Positions 8,122-17,573 of a stretch of 64,000 nucleotides of DNA are shown here, piece by piece. The notes under the pieces were generated by a model. It saw only the letters and a program-made list of their open reading frames with translations. It did no database searches and had not been told where the DNA came from. Source of the stretch: Bacteroidota bacterium (GTDB lineage Bacteria > Bacteroidota > Bacteroidia > AKYH767-A > OLB10); the NCBI GenBank assembly GCA_023251535.1, contig JAHEYP010000014.1:11726-75725 (forward strand). Reading direction: 5' to 3'. The number at the start of each line of letters is the position of its first letter. Positions within the stretch are counted from its first letter, which is position 1. The position numbers and the translations under genes are program-made.

Positions 8122-10344
8122 ATGAAAAAAATTACATTCTTAAGTTCTATATTACTTAGTTCTATGGCTTGTGCTTCTTATGCACAAACTGTAAATATCG
8201 ATACCACTGTGTCGAAAAAAGTCTCTTTAAAAGAGGTCGTTATTTCAGTGAACAAAACGGAAGAGTCGCGAAAGACGGTTTCTCAGGAGGTGAAAGTTTT
8301 AACTTCTTCTGATATTGAAAATTCTCATGCACAATCTACAGGCGATTTACTCGCTAAGCAAGGTCTGCAAGTGCAAATGAGTCAGCAGGGTGGAGGTAGT
8401 CCAACTTTACGCGGATTCGAAGCCAGTCGTATCGGATTAGTAATCGATGGTGTTCGTTTGAATAATTTAATTTATCGTGCTGGTCACTTGCAAGATATTA
8501 TTAAAACCGATAATAATTCCTTAGATCGCGTTGAGATTCTTTATGGACCTTCTTCTACTATCTATGGTAGTGATGCTTTGGGTGGAGTGATTCATTTATA
8601 CACTAAAAAGCCAATGCTCGCAGGAGCTAACGGAAAGGCTAATATGAAGTTAAATGTATTTACTCGATACGGTTCAGTAAATAATGAATCGACTTCTCAT
8701 CTCGATTTCAACTATGGAGGAAAAAAACTCGCATCAATGACTTCGTTTACTTATTCAACTTTCGATGATTTGATGGGAGGGAAAAACCAGAATCCTTTCT
8801 ACAATGGTTCTTATGGCGAACGTCCGTATTATGTTGAACATATCAATGGCGTAGATTCGTTAGTGAAAAATAGCGATCGTTATCTTCAAGTGGGAAGCGG
8901 ATATTCTCAATATGATTTAGTGGAGAAGTTATTGTTTCAACAAAATGAACATATCAGCCACGGATTGAATATTCAATATTCAAATTCTACTGATGTTCCT
9001 CGTTATGATCGTTTGACAGATCCAAAGGGTAGCGGATTGAATTCTGCTGAATGGTATTATGGTCCCCAAAGCCGTTTGTTAACTGCTTATGATCTCAATA
9101 TAAAAAATGAAGAATCGTTATTTCAGCAAATTCATTTCGGATTGAATTACCAAGCATTGGAAGAAAGTCGTCATAATAGAGGATTCGGAAGTAAAAACAG
9201 AAATAACAGAATCGAAAAAGTTGGAGTAGTGGGAGCGAATCTCGATTTGCAGCGTTCAACTAAAAACCATGTAATTCGTTTCGGACTCGATGCTCAGTTG
9301 AATAATTTAAAATCAACTGCGAACAAAGAGAACATCGAAGATGGATCAACAGTTGCTTTAGATACTCGTTATCCAGATGGTAAAAATAACATGAATAATT
9401 ATGCTGTTTATTTCTCTCATACATGGACGATCAACGATCAATTAACATTAACTGACGGAATTCGCGGAGGCTATTCAACTTTGCACTCAACTTTGGTTGA
9501 TACTGCATTGTTATTCCATTTGCCATATACTGATATCGAACAAAAAACTCCAGTAGTTTCAGGAAGCATCGGATTGATTCATTCTCCTTCTGATGATCTC
9601 AAATTATCGTTGTTATTATCAACAGGATTCAGAGTTCCTAATGTAGATGATATGTCGAAAATATTTGGATCAGCTCCAGGAATGGTTATCGTTCCGAATG
9701 TCGATTTAAAGCCTGAGAAAACTATCAACTATGAGTTAGGAATAACTAAAATCTTTAATGGTAATTCACGTTGGGAAAACACCATGTATTTCACTACTTT
9801 CAAAGATGTAGCTGTAGTTGATACATTTACATATAACGGAAGTGATTCATTGATGTATGACGGAACAATGAGTAGAGTATATGCTAATCAGAACAAAGAT
9901 AAAGCGTATATCTTCGGATTCTCATCGAACTTCATCAGTAAACTTGATGATCATTTTATGATGTCGTTGGGATTAAATTACACGTATGGAAGAGTGAAAA
10001 CAGATTCAACAGATGCACCACTCGATCATATCGCTCCATTCATGGCTCGCACGTCATTCAGCTATTCGAACAATAAATTCAATGCTGATTTCTTTATCAA
10101 TTTTAGCGGTGCTAAATTGTTAAAGAACTACTCTTTAGGCGGAGAAGATAATGAGCAATATGCTACTGATATGGGAATGCCGGCTTGGTTCACTTTAAAC
10201 TTAAGAGCAGGATATCAAATTTATAAAGGCATCTCAATTCAAGCGGGTGTCGATAATATTTTCGATCTTCAATACCGTACGTTTGCCAGCGGAATTAATG
10301 CTCCGGGAAGAAATGTATTTGTATCATTGAAAGGAACATTCTAA
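8122..10344 (+). CDS. TonB-dependent receptor (heme/metal-uptake-like)
   Basis: Signal peptide; LKEVVIS TonB-box-like; plug motif SQQGGGSPTLRGFEASRIGLVIDGVRLNN...VEILYGPSSTIYGSDALGGVI; C-terminal NIFD...PGRNVFVSLKGTF. Confidence 0.92.
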   Translation: MKKITFLSSILLSSMACASYAQTVNIDTTVSKKVSLKEVVISVNKTEESRKTVSQEVKVLTSSDIENSHAQSTGDLLAKQGLQVQMSQQGGGSPTLRGFEASRIGLVIDGVRLNNLIYRAGHLQDIIKTDNNSLDRVEILYGPSSTIYGSDALGGVIHLYTKKPMLAGANGKANMKLNVFTRYGSVNNESTSHLDFNYGGKKLASMTSFTYSTFDDLMGGKNQNPFYNGSYGERPYYVEHINGVDSLVKNSDRYLQVGSGYSQYDLVEKLLFQQNEHISHGLNIQYSNSTDVPRYDRLTDPKGSGLNSAEWYYGPQSRLLTAYDLNIKNEESLFQQIHFGLNYQALEESRHNRGFGSKNRNNRIEKVGVVGANLDLQRSTKNHVIRFGLDAQLNNLKSTANKENIEDGSTVALDTRYPDGKNNMNNYAVYFSHTWTINDQLTLTDGIRGGYSTLHSTLVDTALLFHLPYTDIEQKTPVVSGSIGLIHSPSDDLKLSLLLSTGFRVPNVDDMSKIFGSAPGMVIVPNVDLKPEKTINYELGITKIFNGNSRWENTMYFTTFKDVAVVDTFTYNGSDSLMYDGTMSRVYANQNKDKAYIFGFSSNFISKLDDHFMMSLGLNYTYGRVKTDSTDAPLDHIAPFMARTSFSYSNNKFNADFFINFSGAKLLKNYSLGGEDNEQYATDMGMPAWFTLNLRAGYQIYKGISIQAGVDNIFDLQYRTFASGINAPGRNVFVSLKGTF

Positions 10345-10363
10345 AAAAAAAGTTCATTAAAAT

Positions 10364-10397
10364 AAAAAGGTCTCGTAACAATTAACGAGACCTTTTT
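10364..10397. terminator. Bidirectional intrinsic terminator
   Basis: AAAAAGGTCTCGT...ACGAGACCTTTTT between convergent genes. Confidence 0.8.
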
Positions 10398-10883
10398 TTA
10401 TTGCTTTTTGAATCTTTCATAAATGAATTCAATTGTTTTAGTTCCTCCGTTTTCATCGGGACCACTTATACTCGCTTTCATATGGTTAATGTCGGTGAGC
10501 CAATATTCGATTGTTTTCGGGAAGTCGTGTGAGTTATTTGTAAATCGCCAATACGATTCTTCTTCCTTTTCTAGCATAAAGGGAGTTGATTTAATTTTCC
10601 CATTCACACGTATCGAAGGAATATAAAATGTCATTCCTCGGATGATCGATATCTTTAATGATTCTGTTTGAACGGTATCACCTTTTTCATTGATTGTTGC
10701 GCCGCTGCCATACATCAAATGGGGATTCACATACATCCAACTTTCGAGAACTTTCGATTGTCCGCTTGTTCCTACCCAGCCACCCGCAAGTTTTTTAAGT
10801 CCTGCCGGAAGTTGATTCTGAGCTAGTCCGCTTTGGTAAAATAAACAGAATAGGATAGCGATATACAAGGTTGTCTTTTTCAT
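10398..10883 (-). CDS. Secreted DUF6265-like protein
   Basis: Signal peptide; LAGGWVG, ESW, FTNNSHDFPKTIEY motif. Confidence 0.7.
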   Translation of the reverse strand: MKKTTLYIAILFCLFYQSGLAQNQLPAGLKKLAGGWVGTSGQSKVLESWMYVNPHLMYGSGATINEKGDTVQTESLKISIIRGMTFYIPSIRVNGKIKSTPFMLEKEEESYWRFTNNSHDFPKTIEYWLTDINHMKASISGPDENGGTKTIEFIYERFKKQ

Positions 10884-10991
10884 GAAATCGAACTTAAGAT
10901 GATGCGAAAGTAGTTATTTGATCGTCTATCTCCATATCCCTTTGAAAATAGATATAATATTACCCTAACTTTGCAACTAAATTTTGTAGCT

Positions 10992-11621
10992 ATGTTGGTA
11001 AGTTATATTGAAGCAGCTGCGGTTGTGGTTTCTGCTTTGTCGGGAATGATTAATGCTGCCGAGAAGAAAATGGACATCGTTGGCGCATATAGTTTGGCCT
11101 TGATAGTAGCCTTTGGTGGAGGAACCTTGAGAGATGTTTTACTGAACCGTAGGCCTTTTTTCTGGGTAGAACACGAGGAATATCTTATTGTGGTATTAGT
11201 TATAACAATAGCTTTTGTTTATATACCGTTGTTTCATCGATTAGCTAAGAAGATGCATCGCCGAACAAATACGGTTGAAGCAATCGGACTTGGATTATTT
11301 TCGATGGCGGGATTGGTAGCTGCATTGAATGCAGGATTGCCTATATTTCCCGCTTCATTAATGGGAGTTATTACTGGAGTAGCTGGAGGCGTTTTTCGTG
11401 ATATCGTAAACAATGAAATGCCTGTTATTTTTCGCCCTTCCGGCGGATTATACGCAGTAGCATCATTTGCTGGTTGTTGGTTGTTTTTAGCGATTTGGAT
11501 GCTTTTTAAGGCAGCCTTCATCGGATTTGTATTAGGAGCAACCTTTATTGTTGTTCTTCGCTTAGTATCGATTTATTTAGGTATACGCTTACCTAATCCA
11601 CTATGGGTAGAGGATAAATAA
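10992..11621 (+). CDS. Trimeric intracellular cation channel family membrane protein (UPF0126/YadS-like)
   Basis: Duplicated motifs AFGGGTLRDVLL and GVAGGVFRDIVNN; TAACTTTG -7 element at 10966-10973 favours ATG 10992. Confidence 0.88.
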   Translation: MLVSYIEAAAVVVSALSGMINAAEKKMDIVGAYSLALIVAFGGGTLRDVLLNRRPFFWVEHEEYLIVVLVITIAFVYIPLFHRLAKKMHRRTNTVEAIGLGLFSMAGLVAALNAGLPIFPASLMGVITGVAGGVFRDIVNNEMPVIFRPSGGLYAVASFAGCWLFLAIWMLFKAAFIGFVLGATFIVVLRLVSIYLGIRLPNPLWVEDK

Positions 11622-11622
11622 A

Positions 11623-11655
11623 AAACACCGCTGATGTTATTCGTCAGCGGTGTTT
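11623..11655. terminator. Bidirectional intrinsic terminator
   Basis: AAACACCGCTGA...TCAGCGGTGTTT between convergent genes. Confidence 0.75.
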
Positions 11656-11672
11656 CTATATTGATTGAATAA

Positions 11673-12371
11673 TTATTTTCTTCTTCCGAATAATCTTAAG
11701 AGTAACAAGAAAAGGTTAATGAAGTCGAGATAGAGTGAAAGAGCACCCATTATCGACGCTTTTTGGTAATTCTCGGTATCGTCAGGTGAAATTGCAGCAT
11801 ACCCTTTGATTTTTTGAGTATCGTAAGCAATTAATCCTGTGAAGATTAAAATTCCTGCATAAGTCGTGATCCAATAAATAGTTTCACTTTTCATGAACCA
11901 ATTAGCAATTGAAGCGATTACCATTCCAATTAATGCCATCATTAGGATTGATCCTAATTTACTTAAATCGCGTCCCGTAACGAATCCCAAAACAGCCATT
12001 ACTCCGAATGTTGCTCCAGTGATGAAAAAGGTTGAAGCAATAGATGCGGAAGTGTAAACGACAAATATCGTTGAAAGTGTTATTCCTGTTAACGTTGCAT
12101 AAAGGACAAATATGAAGGTCGCTACAGAAGCCGATAGTTTGTTAACGAATATTGCTAAAGATCCTACTGATAGAATTTGAGCAATAAATAATCCAATTAC
12201 AACCATAGAATTACTGAAAATCAAATTCATGATTTCAATGTTTCCTGATATTAGAAATGATATTCCACCTGTAATGATTAATGCAAGCGTCATCCAGCTG
12301 AATACTTTTGCCATGAAACGGGTTTGTGCCGTTGCAATGGCTAATTGTTGTTCGGTGAATTGTTGTTCCAT
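11673..12371 (-). CDS. Bax inhibitor-1/YccA-family membrane protein
   Basis: About 7 TM segments; FMAKVFSWM, AYDTQKIK, GALSLYLDFINLFLLLLR motifs. Confidence 0.9.
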   Translation of the reverse strand: MEQQFTEQQLAIATAQTRFMAKVFSWMTLALIITGGISFLISGNIEIMNLIFSNSMVVIGLFIAQILSVGSLAIFVNKLSASVATFIFVLYATLTGITLSTIFVVYTSASIASTFFITGATFGVMAVLGFVTGRDLSKLGSILMMALIGMVIASIANWFMKSETIYWITTYAGILIFTGLIAYDTQKIKGYAAISPDDTENYQKASIMGALSLYLDFINLFLLLLRLFGRRK

Positions 12372-12385
12372 ATTATACTTTGTTG

Positions 12386-14566
12386 TTATAAATTATTGAG
12401 GATAAAGTTAGTCATTTTTGTATAAAGATGTAATCGCGCACCACCGCCACTAATTCCGTGGTTACGGTTAGGGTAGATGAAGAAATCGAATTGCTTGTTA
12501 TTCTTCACGAGAGCATTTACGAAGTCCATTGAGTTTTGCATATGTACATTGTCATCTGCTGAGCCGTGAATCAACATGAAGTTTCCTTTAAGTTGTTTAG
12601 CGTAGGTGATAGGGGAGTTCTTATCATATCCATCGGCATTTTCTTGAGGTGTCTGCAAATATCGTTCCGTATAAATATTATCGTAATATCTCCAATTGAT
12701 TACAGGAGCCACAGCGATTCCAGTTTTGTAAACTGTATTCACTTTCGTCATTAAAAGCGAGGTCATGTATCCTCCGAAACTCCATCCCCAAACTCCTACA
12801 CGGTCTTTGTTGACATAAGGCAAACTCTTCATGTAATTAGCGGCCGCTACTTGATCTTCTACTTCTAATTTACCCATGTCTTTGTAGATGCAATTAGCAA
12901 AATCAATTCCTCGTCCAGGGGTACCTCTATTGTCGACACTAACAATGATATATCCTTTTTGTGCTAAAAGTTGATGCCATAAATAGTTTGGACCATCCCA
13001 ATCGTTCGTCACTGTTTGTACTCCGGGACCTCCATAAACATTGAATAAAACAGGATAAGTTTTAGTGCTGTCGAAATCAGGAGGTAAAATCATCCAACCT
13101 AATAGTTCGGTTTGATCGGATGTTTTGAATGAGAAGAAACGATATTTTCCAAAGCGGAATTTCTGCATTTCTGCACGCATATCGCGATTGTCTTCTAATG
13201 TCCTTAGCGTTTTACCTTTATTACTTATAACAGTACATGTAAACGGATTTCCGAATGATGAATAAGTGTCGACAAAATATTTACATCCTTCGCTGAATTC
13301 TGCATTGTGAACTCCTTGCGACGGTGTTAAATTAGTTTTCTTTCCTGTTAATGTGATTGAATAGATATTTTTTTCAGTCGGACTCATCTCGGTACTTTGA
13401 TAGTAAAAAGTTCCGGATGCTTCGTCAAATCCATAGTAGTGAGTTATTTCAAATTTACCAGAAGTGACTTGTTTTACTTGCGTGCCATCGAGGTTGTATA
13501 AATAAATATGGTTGTATCCGTCGCGCGCCGATGTCCATATAAACTGCTTGCCGTTCGATAAAAATGTTAAATCATCAGTGATTTCGATAAATGATTTATT
13601 TTCATCTTTTAAGATTACTTTCGATGATCCGTCAGTAGCATTACAGAGTAATAATTCCAAAACATTTTGATGGCGATTGCTACGTTGAATACTTAAAGTG
13701 TTGGCGTCTTTTGTCCATTGTATACGAGGAATGTATTCACGCTCAGAGCCTGTCTCAGCCTTAATTGTTTTTCCTGAGACTATGTTAGCAATATAAATAT
13801 CTACCTTAGAATTATCTTCACCAGCTTTCGGGTATTTATATTTTTCTTCACGCGGATAAAGTTCTCCATAGTAAGTCAAATTGAATTCTTTTACATTGCT
13901 TTCATCGAATTTATAAAAAGCAATTTTTTTTCCGTCAGGCGACCATTGAAAGGCCACATCCATGCTAAATTCTTCTTCATATACCCAATCGGTAGCACCA
14001 TTTATAATTTCATTCTTTTTTCCGTCGGTAGTTATTGCAGTTTCTTTCCCGTCTGACAAATTATAATAATAAAGGTTATTATCTCTCACATATGCCAATT
14101 TGTCGTTTTTAGGCGAAAAAGTGCAGTACATCATTTTGCCGTTTTGTGAGATCTTGCGAATATTTCCCGTAGTTCTGTTTAGAACATAGTAGTCGGAACG
14201 GCTTGAATGACGGTATATGGCTTCGGTATTGGCAGATAATAAAACCAAGTTTTCATCGGGACTAAAAGTGTAATTCACGAAGTCAACAGTATCTTTTCCA
14301 TTGATCAATTGACTTGGCTTTACTAGGGTGTCAATAGCCTTTCCGGTAGCAAAGGAGTATTTAACAATATATGTGCCTGTCGATCCATTTGCGGTGTTGG
14401 TATAGAAATCTCCGTTTTTCATCGAACTAAAGCCTCCTTCCGTTTTGGCAAATAATTTCGGGCTACCCCATATATCTTCCAATTGAATTGCCCCTTGCTG
14501 AGCCTGTACCGTAGTTATGGAAAGCAATATTATTCCACAAAGGTTTCTCAAATTAGATTTAAACAT
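12386..14566 (-). CDS. Dipeptidyl peptidase IV (S9B family)
   Basis: DWVYEEEF, YPKAG, GWSFGG nucleophile, HGSADDNVH and NHGI catalytic triad motifs. Confidence 0.93.
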   Translation of the reverse strand: MFKSNLRNLCGIILLSITTVQAQQGAIQLEDIWGSPKLFAKTEGGFSSMKNGDFYTNTANGSTGTYIVKYSFATGKAIDTLVKPSQLINGKDTVDFVNYTFSPDENLVLLSANTEAIYRHSSRSDYYVLNRTTGNIRKISQNGKMMYCTFSPKNDKLAYVRDNNLYYYNLSDGKETAITTDGKKNEIINGATDWVYEEEFSMDVAFQWSPDGKKIAFYKFDESNVKEFNLTYYGELYPREEKYKYPKAGEDNSKVDIYIANIVSGKTIKAETGSEREYIPRIQWTKDANTLSIQRSNRHQNVLELLLCNATDGSSKVILKDENKSFIEITDDLTFLSNGKQFIWTSARDGYNHIYLYNLDGTQVKQVTSGKFEITHYYGFDEASGTFYYQSTEMSPTEKNIYSITLTGKKTNLTPSQGVHNAEFSEGCKYFVDTYSSFGNPFTCTVISNKGKTLRTLEDNRDMRAEMQKFRFGKYRFFSFKTSDQTELLGWMILPPDFDSTKTYPVLFNVYGGPGVQTVTNDWDGPNYLWHQLLAQKGYIIVSVDNRGTPGRGIDFANCIYKDMGKLEVEDQVAAANYMKSLPYVNKDRVGVWGWSFGGYMTSLLMTKVNTVYKTGIAVAPVINWRYYDNIYTERYLQTPQENADGYDKNSPITYAKQLKGNFMLIHGSADDNVHMQNSMDFVNALVKNNKQFDFFIYPNRNHGISGGGARLHLYTKMTNFILNNL

Positions 14567-14665
14567 AATATCATGTATTTTATGGGGATAAACCTACAAA
14601 TTTTATATTGATTTTTGCAGTACTGCGAATAATTTTTACCTTAGCAAAAAATTAGCATTTCGTCG

Positions 14666-15295
14666 ATGAATCGCATTTGTTTTTTGGCAATCTTTTTTGT
14701 CATAACTTTATGTAATAACGTTGTTGCTCAAATTAGTGAAGGTAAAATAACATATTCTTTATCTTATCCTGATTTAGATCTCCCTGCTGCTCAGAAGGCA
14801 TATTTGCCGACCGAGTCAGTTACCTATTTCAAAAACGGTAAAAGTAGAAGTGAATCAGAAGGGCTGATGGGAATGAAAACTGTTACCATAAGTACCGACA
14901 AAGAAATAATCATGTTGTTGGATGTGATGGGGAATAAGTCGGCTATTAGGAAGGAAATTAGTGCTGCAGAAAAGCCAAATAAGGTTGATGTTACTTCTGA
15001 GAAAAAGAAAATTGCCGGGTATGATTGTCAAAAGGTAATTATTTCAACTGGCGGAGATGATAAAATAGTTATGTGGATTACCAAAAGTATTATCGGTGGC
15101 GGAAATTGGGGTGGAACATTTGATAAAATTGAAGGAGCTCCTATGGAATTTTCCATGAGTAATGGAGGATTGAACTTTAAAATGACTGCCGTTTCTGTGA
15201 AAGAAGAGAAAGTGAATTCTAACTTGTTTAGTATTCCTGAGGGTTATAAAGAAATGACCGAGGATGAACTAAAAGAAAATATGTTTAATAAGTAG
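14666..15295 (+). CDS. Secreted DUF4412/GLPGLI-like protein
   Basis: Signal peptide; EGKITY, KKKIAGYDCQK, GAPMEF, FSIPEGYK motifs. Confidence 0.7.
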   Translation: MNRICFLAIFFVITLCNNVVAQISEGKITYSLSYPDLDLPAAQKAYLPTESVTYFKNGKSRSESEGLMGMKTVTISTDKEIIMLLDVMGNKSAIRKEISAAEKPNKVDVTSEKKKIAGYDCQKVIISTGGDDKIVMWITKSIIGGGNWGGTFDKIEGAPMEFSMSNGGLNFKMTAVSVKEEKVNSNLFSIPEGYKEMTEDELKENMFNK

Positions 15296-15327
15296 TAAAT
15301 TCTAAATTTTGTTTTAATTATTTTGTA

Positions 15328-15693
15328 ATGAATATAGTTTTGTTGTCTTGCGTCTTTATTGTGCTGATTTTATTCAGTATTGGTGTTAAATTTAGTCTCG
15401 ATCCAGGCGACGTAGGAAGTTATTTTGCGTATCGAACGAAGAACAGTATGCGAAGTGAACATACTTGGGTAGATGGTAATAATTATGCCGGACGATGTTT
15501 GATGATTGCATCGCCATTGCAAATAATTTTGTTGATTACATCTGAAAATTATCTGCCGCTGCATCCCACACGAATTTTTGTGATTTTAGTATCCGGTACT
15601 ATAATTTCTATCCTTGCTACTCGAATACTAACAGAAAATCGTTTGTCACGTCTGTATTTTAAAGATGGCAAACGCCGACCAAACTCTTTGTGA
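15328..15693 (+). CDS. SdpI-family membrane protein
   Basis: Three hydrophobic segments and AYRTKNSMRSEHTWVDGNNYAG, matching SdpI GYRT...S...W..AN..AG. Confidence 0.7.
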   Translation: MNIVLLSCVFIVLILFSIGVKFSLDPGDVGSYFAYRTKNSMRSEHTWVDGNNYAGRCLMIASPLQIILLITSENYLPLHPTRIFVILVSGTIISILATRILTENRLSRLYFKDGKRRPNSL

Positions 15694-15745
15694 TTTGATC
15701 TTTGTTGATTTTTTGTTTTAAATTTATCCTGTTAAAAATCACAGG

Positions 15746-17512
15746 ATGTTTAAAAAAATTATTGTAGGATTTCTGCTTATCGCTTGTGCTCAATTGTCAA
15801 GAGCTCAGGATTACAAGCTTATTTTTGATGAGCCTCAAACTCATTATGTAACTGTACAAATGAGTCTTAACGCCAAAGGTGGTGACCTCGAGTTACATAT
15901 GCCTGTTTGGGCTCCTGGTTCTTATTTGGTTCGTGAGTTCTCTAAGAATGTTGAAGCCTTTTCTGCTAAAAATGAAAGTGGCAATTCATTAACTGTTGTG
16001 CGTAACAGAAAGAATTCATGGGTGATAAAATCAGCTAAGGGGAAAATTTCTATCTCGTATAAGGTCTATGCTTATGAGTTAACTGTGCGTACAAGTTTTA
16101 TTGATGCCGACCATGCTTACTTAAATGGCACTAGTATTTTTATGTTTGTTAAGAATCAGTTGCAGTCGCCTTGCACAGTAGAGGTAGTTCCTTTTTCGAA
16201 ATGGAGTACTATTTCTGTAGCCTTAGATCCTGTTGATGCAGCGAATCCTTGGAAAGTTAAAGCCGATAATTACGATGATTTAGTTGATGCACCATTTGAG
16301 ATTGGGAATCACAAGGTGCTTAAATTTACTTCTTCGGGCGTTCCTCATGAAGTTGCCATGTTTGGTGATGCCAATTACAATGCAGAGAAAATTACCGCCG
16401 ATATGGCTCGCGTTACAGCTGAATGCGCTAAAGTTTTCGGATCACATCCTTGTAAACGTTATTTATTCATTGTCCATAATCTGAGTTCGGGTGGCGGTGG
16501 ACTAGAGCATAAAAATTCAACCACATTACAGACTTCTCGAACTGGTTATGGTTCCGAGTCGGGGTATACCGGTTTTATGAATCTCGTAGCTCATGAATAT
16601 TTCCATTTATGGAATGTGAAGCGTATGCGTCCTGCAGAACTAGGTCCGTTTGATTACGATAATGAGAACTATACAAACATGCTTTATGTTTCTGAAGGAT
16701 TCACAGCTTACTACGATGATTTGATTACTCGTCGCTGTGGATTTTACAGCGATGCTCAATATTTCGAGAAGGTAGCATCAGGATTTTCTTATTGCATGAA
16801 TCAATTGGGTGCAACGTTGCAGCCTGTTAGTGAATCGAGTTTTGATGCATGGATTAAGTTCTATCGTCCGAATGAGAATTCAAACAATAGTACAGTGAGT
16901 TATTATACTAAAGGAGCAGCTGTAGGCGCCGTTCTCGATATGATGATTAGAGGTGGCTCTAATGGCAAATCCTCACTCGATGATGTAATGAAGGCGATGT
17001 ATGATTTATATGCTGTAAAACTCAATAGAGGCTATACTGACAAAGAGTTTATTGATTTGGTATCAAAGTATGCAGGAAGTGATATGCAATCGTTCTTCGA
17101 TAAGTATGTTTACGGTGTTGAAATGATGCCATTTGCCACGGCACTAAAATCGGTTGCTTGCGAAATCACCACAACAAATATCAATTCTCAAAAGACATAT
17201 TTAGGTATTGCAGTTAATTCAAAAAGTACTATCACATCCGTCGATCGCAATTCACCTGCTTGGATTGGCGGATTAAACGTGAACGACGAAATTATAGGTA
17301 TTGACCAATATCGTTTTACTGACGACATCTCAAAATATGTAGCAGCATATAAACCGGGTGATACCATGAAAGTTTTGGTGAATAGGGGAGGACTGCTTCG
17401 ATCTATCGAAGTGAAATTAACGAAATCTCCTTTTGTTGAATACCTTATTACGGATGCTGATAAGGCTAGTGAAACAGCTAAGAAAAATATGTTGAATTGG
17501 CTTGGTAAGTAA
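15746..17512 (+). CDS. M61-family metallopeptidase with PDZ domain
   Basis: MPVWAPGSY, GGGLEH, AHEYFHLWNVKR zinc motif, YYTKG; C-terminal PDZ (SPAWIGGLNVNDEII). Confidence 0.92.
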   Translation: MFKKIIVGFLLIACAQLSRAQDYKLIFDEPQTHYVTVQMSLNAKGGDLELHMPVWAPGSYLVREFSKNVEAFSAKNESGNSLTVVRNRKNSWVIKSAKGKISISYKVYAYELTVRTSFIDADHAYLNGTSIFMFVKNQLQSPCTVEVVPFSKWSTISVALDPVDAANPWKVKADNYDDLVDAPFEIGNHKVLKFTSSGVPHEVAMFGDANYNAEKITADMARVTAECAKVFGSHPCKRYLFIVHNLSSGGGGLEHKNSTTLQTSRTGYGSESGYTGFMNLVAHEYFHLWNVKRMRPAELGPFDYDNENYTNMLYVSEGFTAYYDDLITRRCGFYSDAQYFEKVASGFSYCMNQLGATLQPVSESSFDAWIKFYRPNENSNNSTVSYYTKGAAVGAVLDMMIRGGSNGKSSLDDVMKAMYDLYAVKLNRGYTDKEFIDLVSKYAGSDMQSFFDKYVYGVEMMPFATALKSVACEITTTNINSQKTYLGIAVNSKSTITSVDRNSPAWIGGLNVNDEIIGIDQYRFTDDISKYVAAYKPGDTMKVLVNRGGLLRSIEVKLTKSPFVEYLITDADKASETAKKNMLNWLGK

Positions 17513-17530
17513 GATGGTATAATAAAAAGT

Positions 17531-17563
17531 AAAGGTCAATTCTAATATAGAGTTGACCTTTTT
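17531..17563. terminator. Bidirectional intrinsic terminator
   Basis: AAAGGTCAATTCT...AGAGTTGACCTTTTT between convergent genes. Confidence 0.7.
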
Positions 17564-17573
17564 TATTGCTTTT

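Noticed and set aside
15328..15693. SdpI as part of a toxin-immunity (cannibalism) system
   Set aside because: No SdpC-like toxin, SdpAB or SdpR regulator nearby; orphan SdpI-like genes are common
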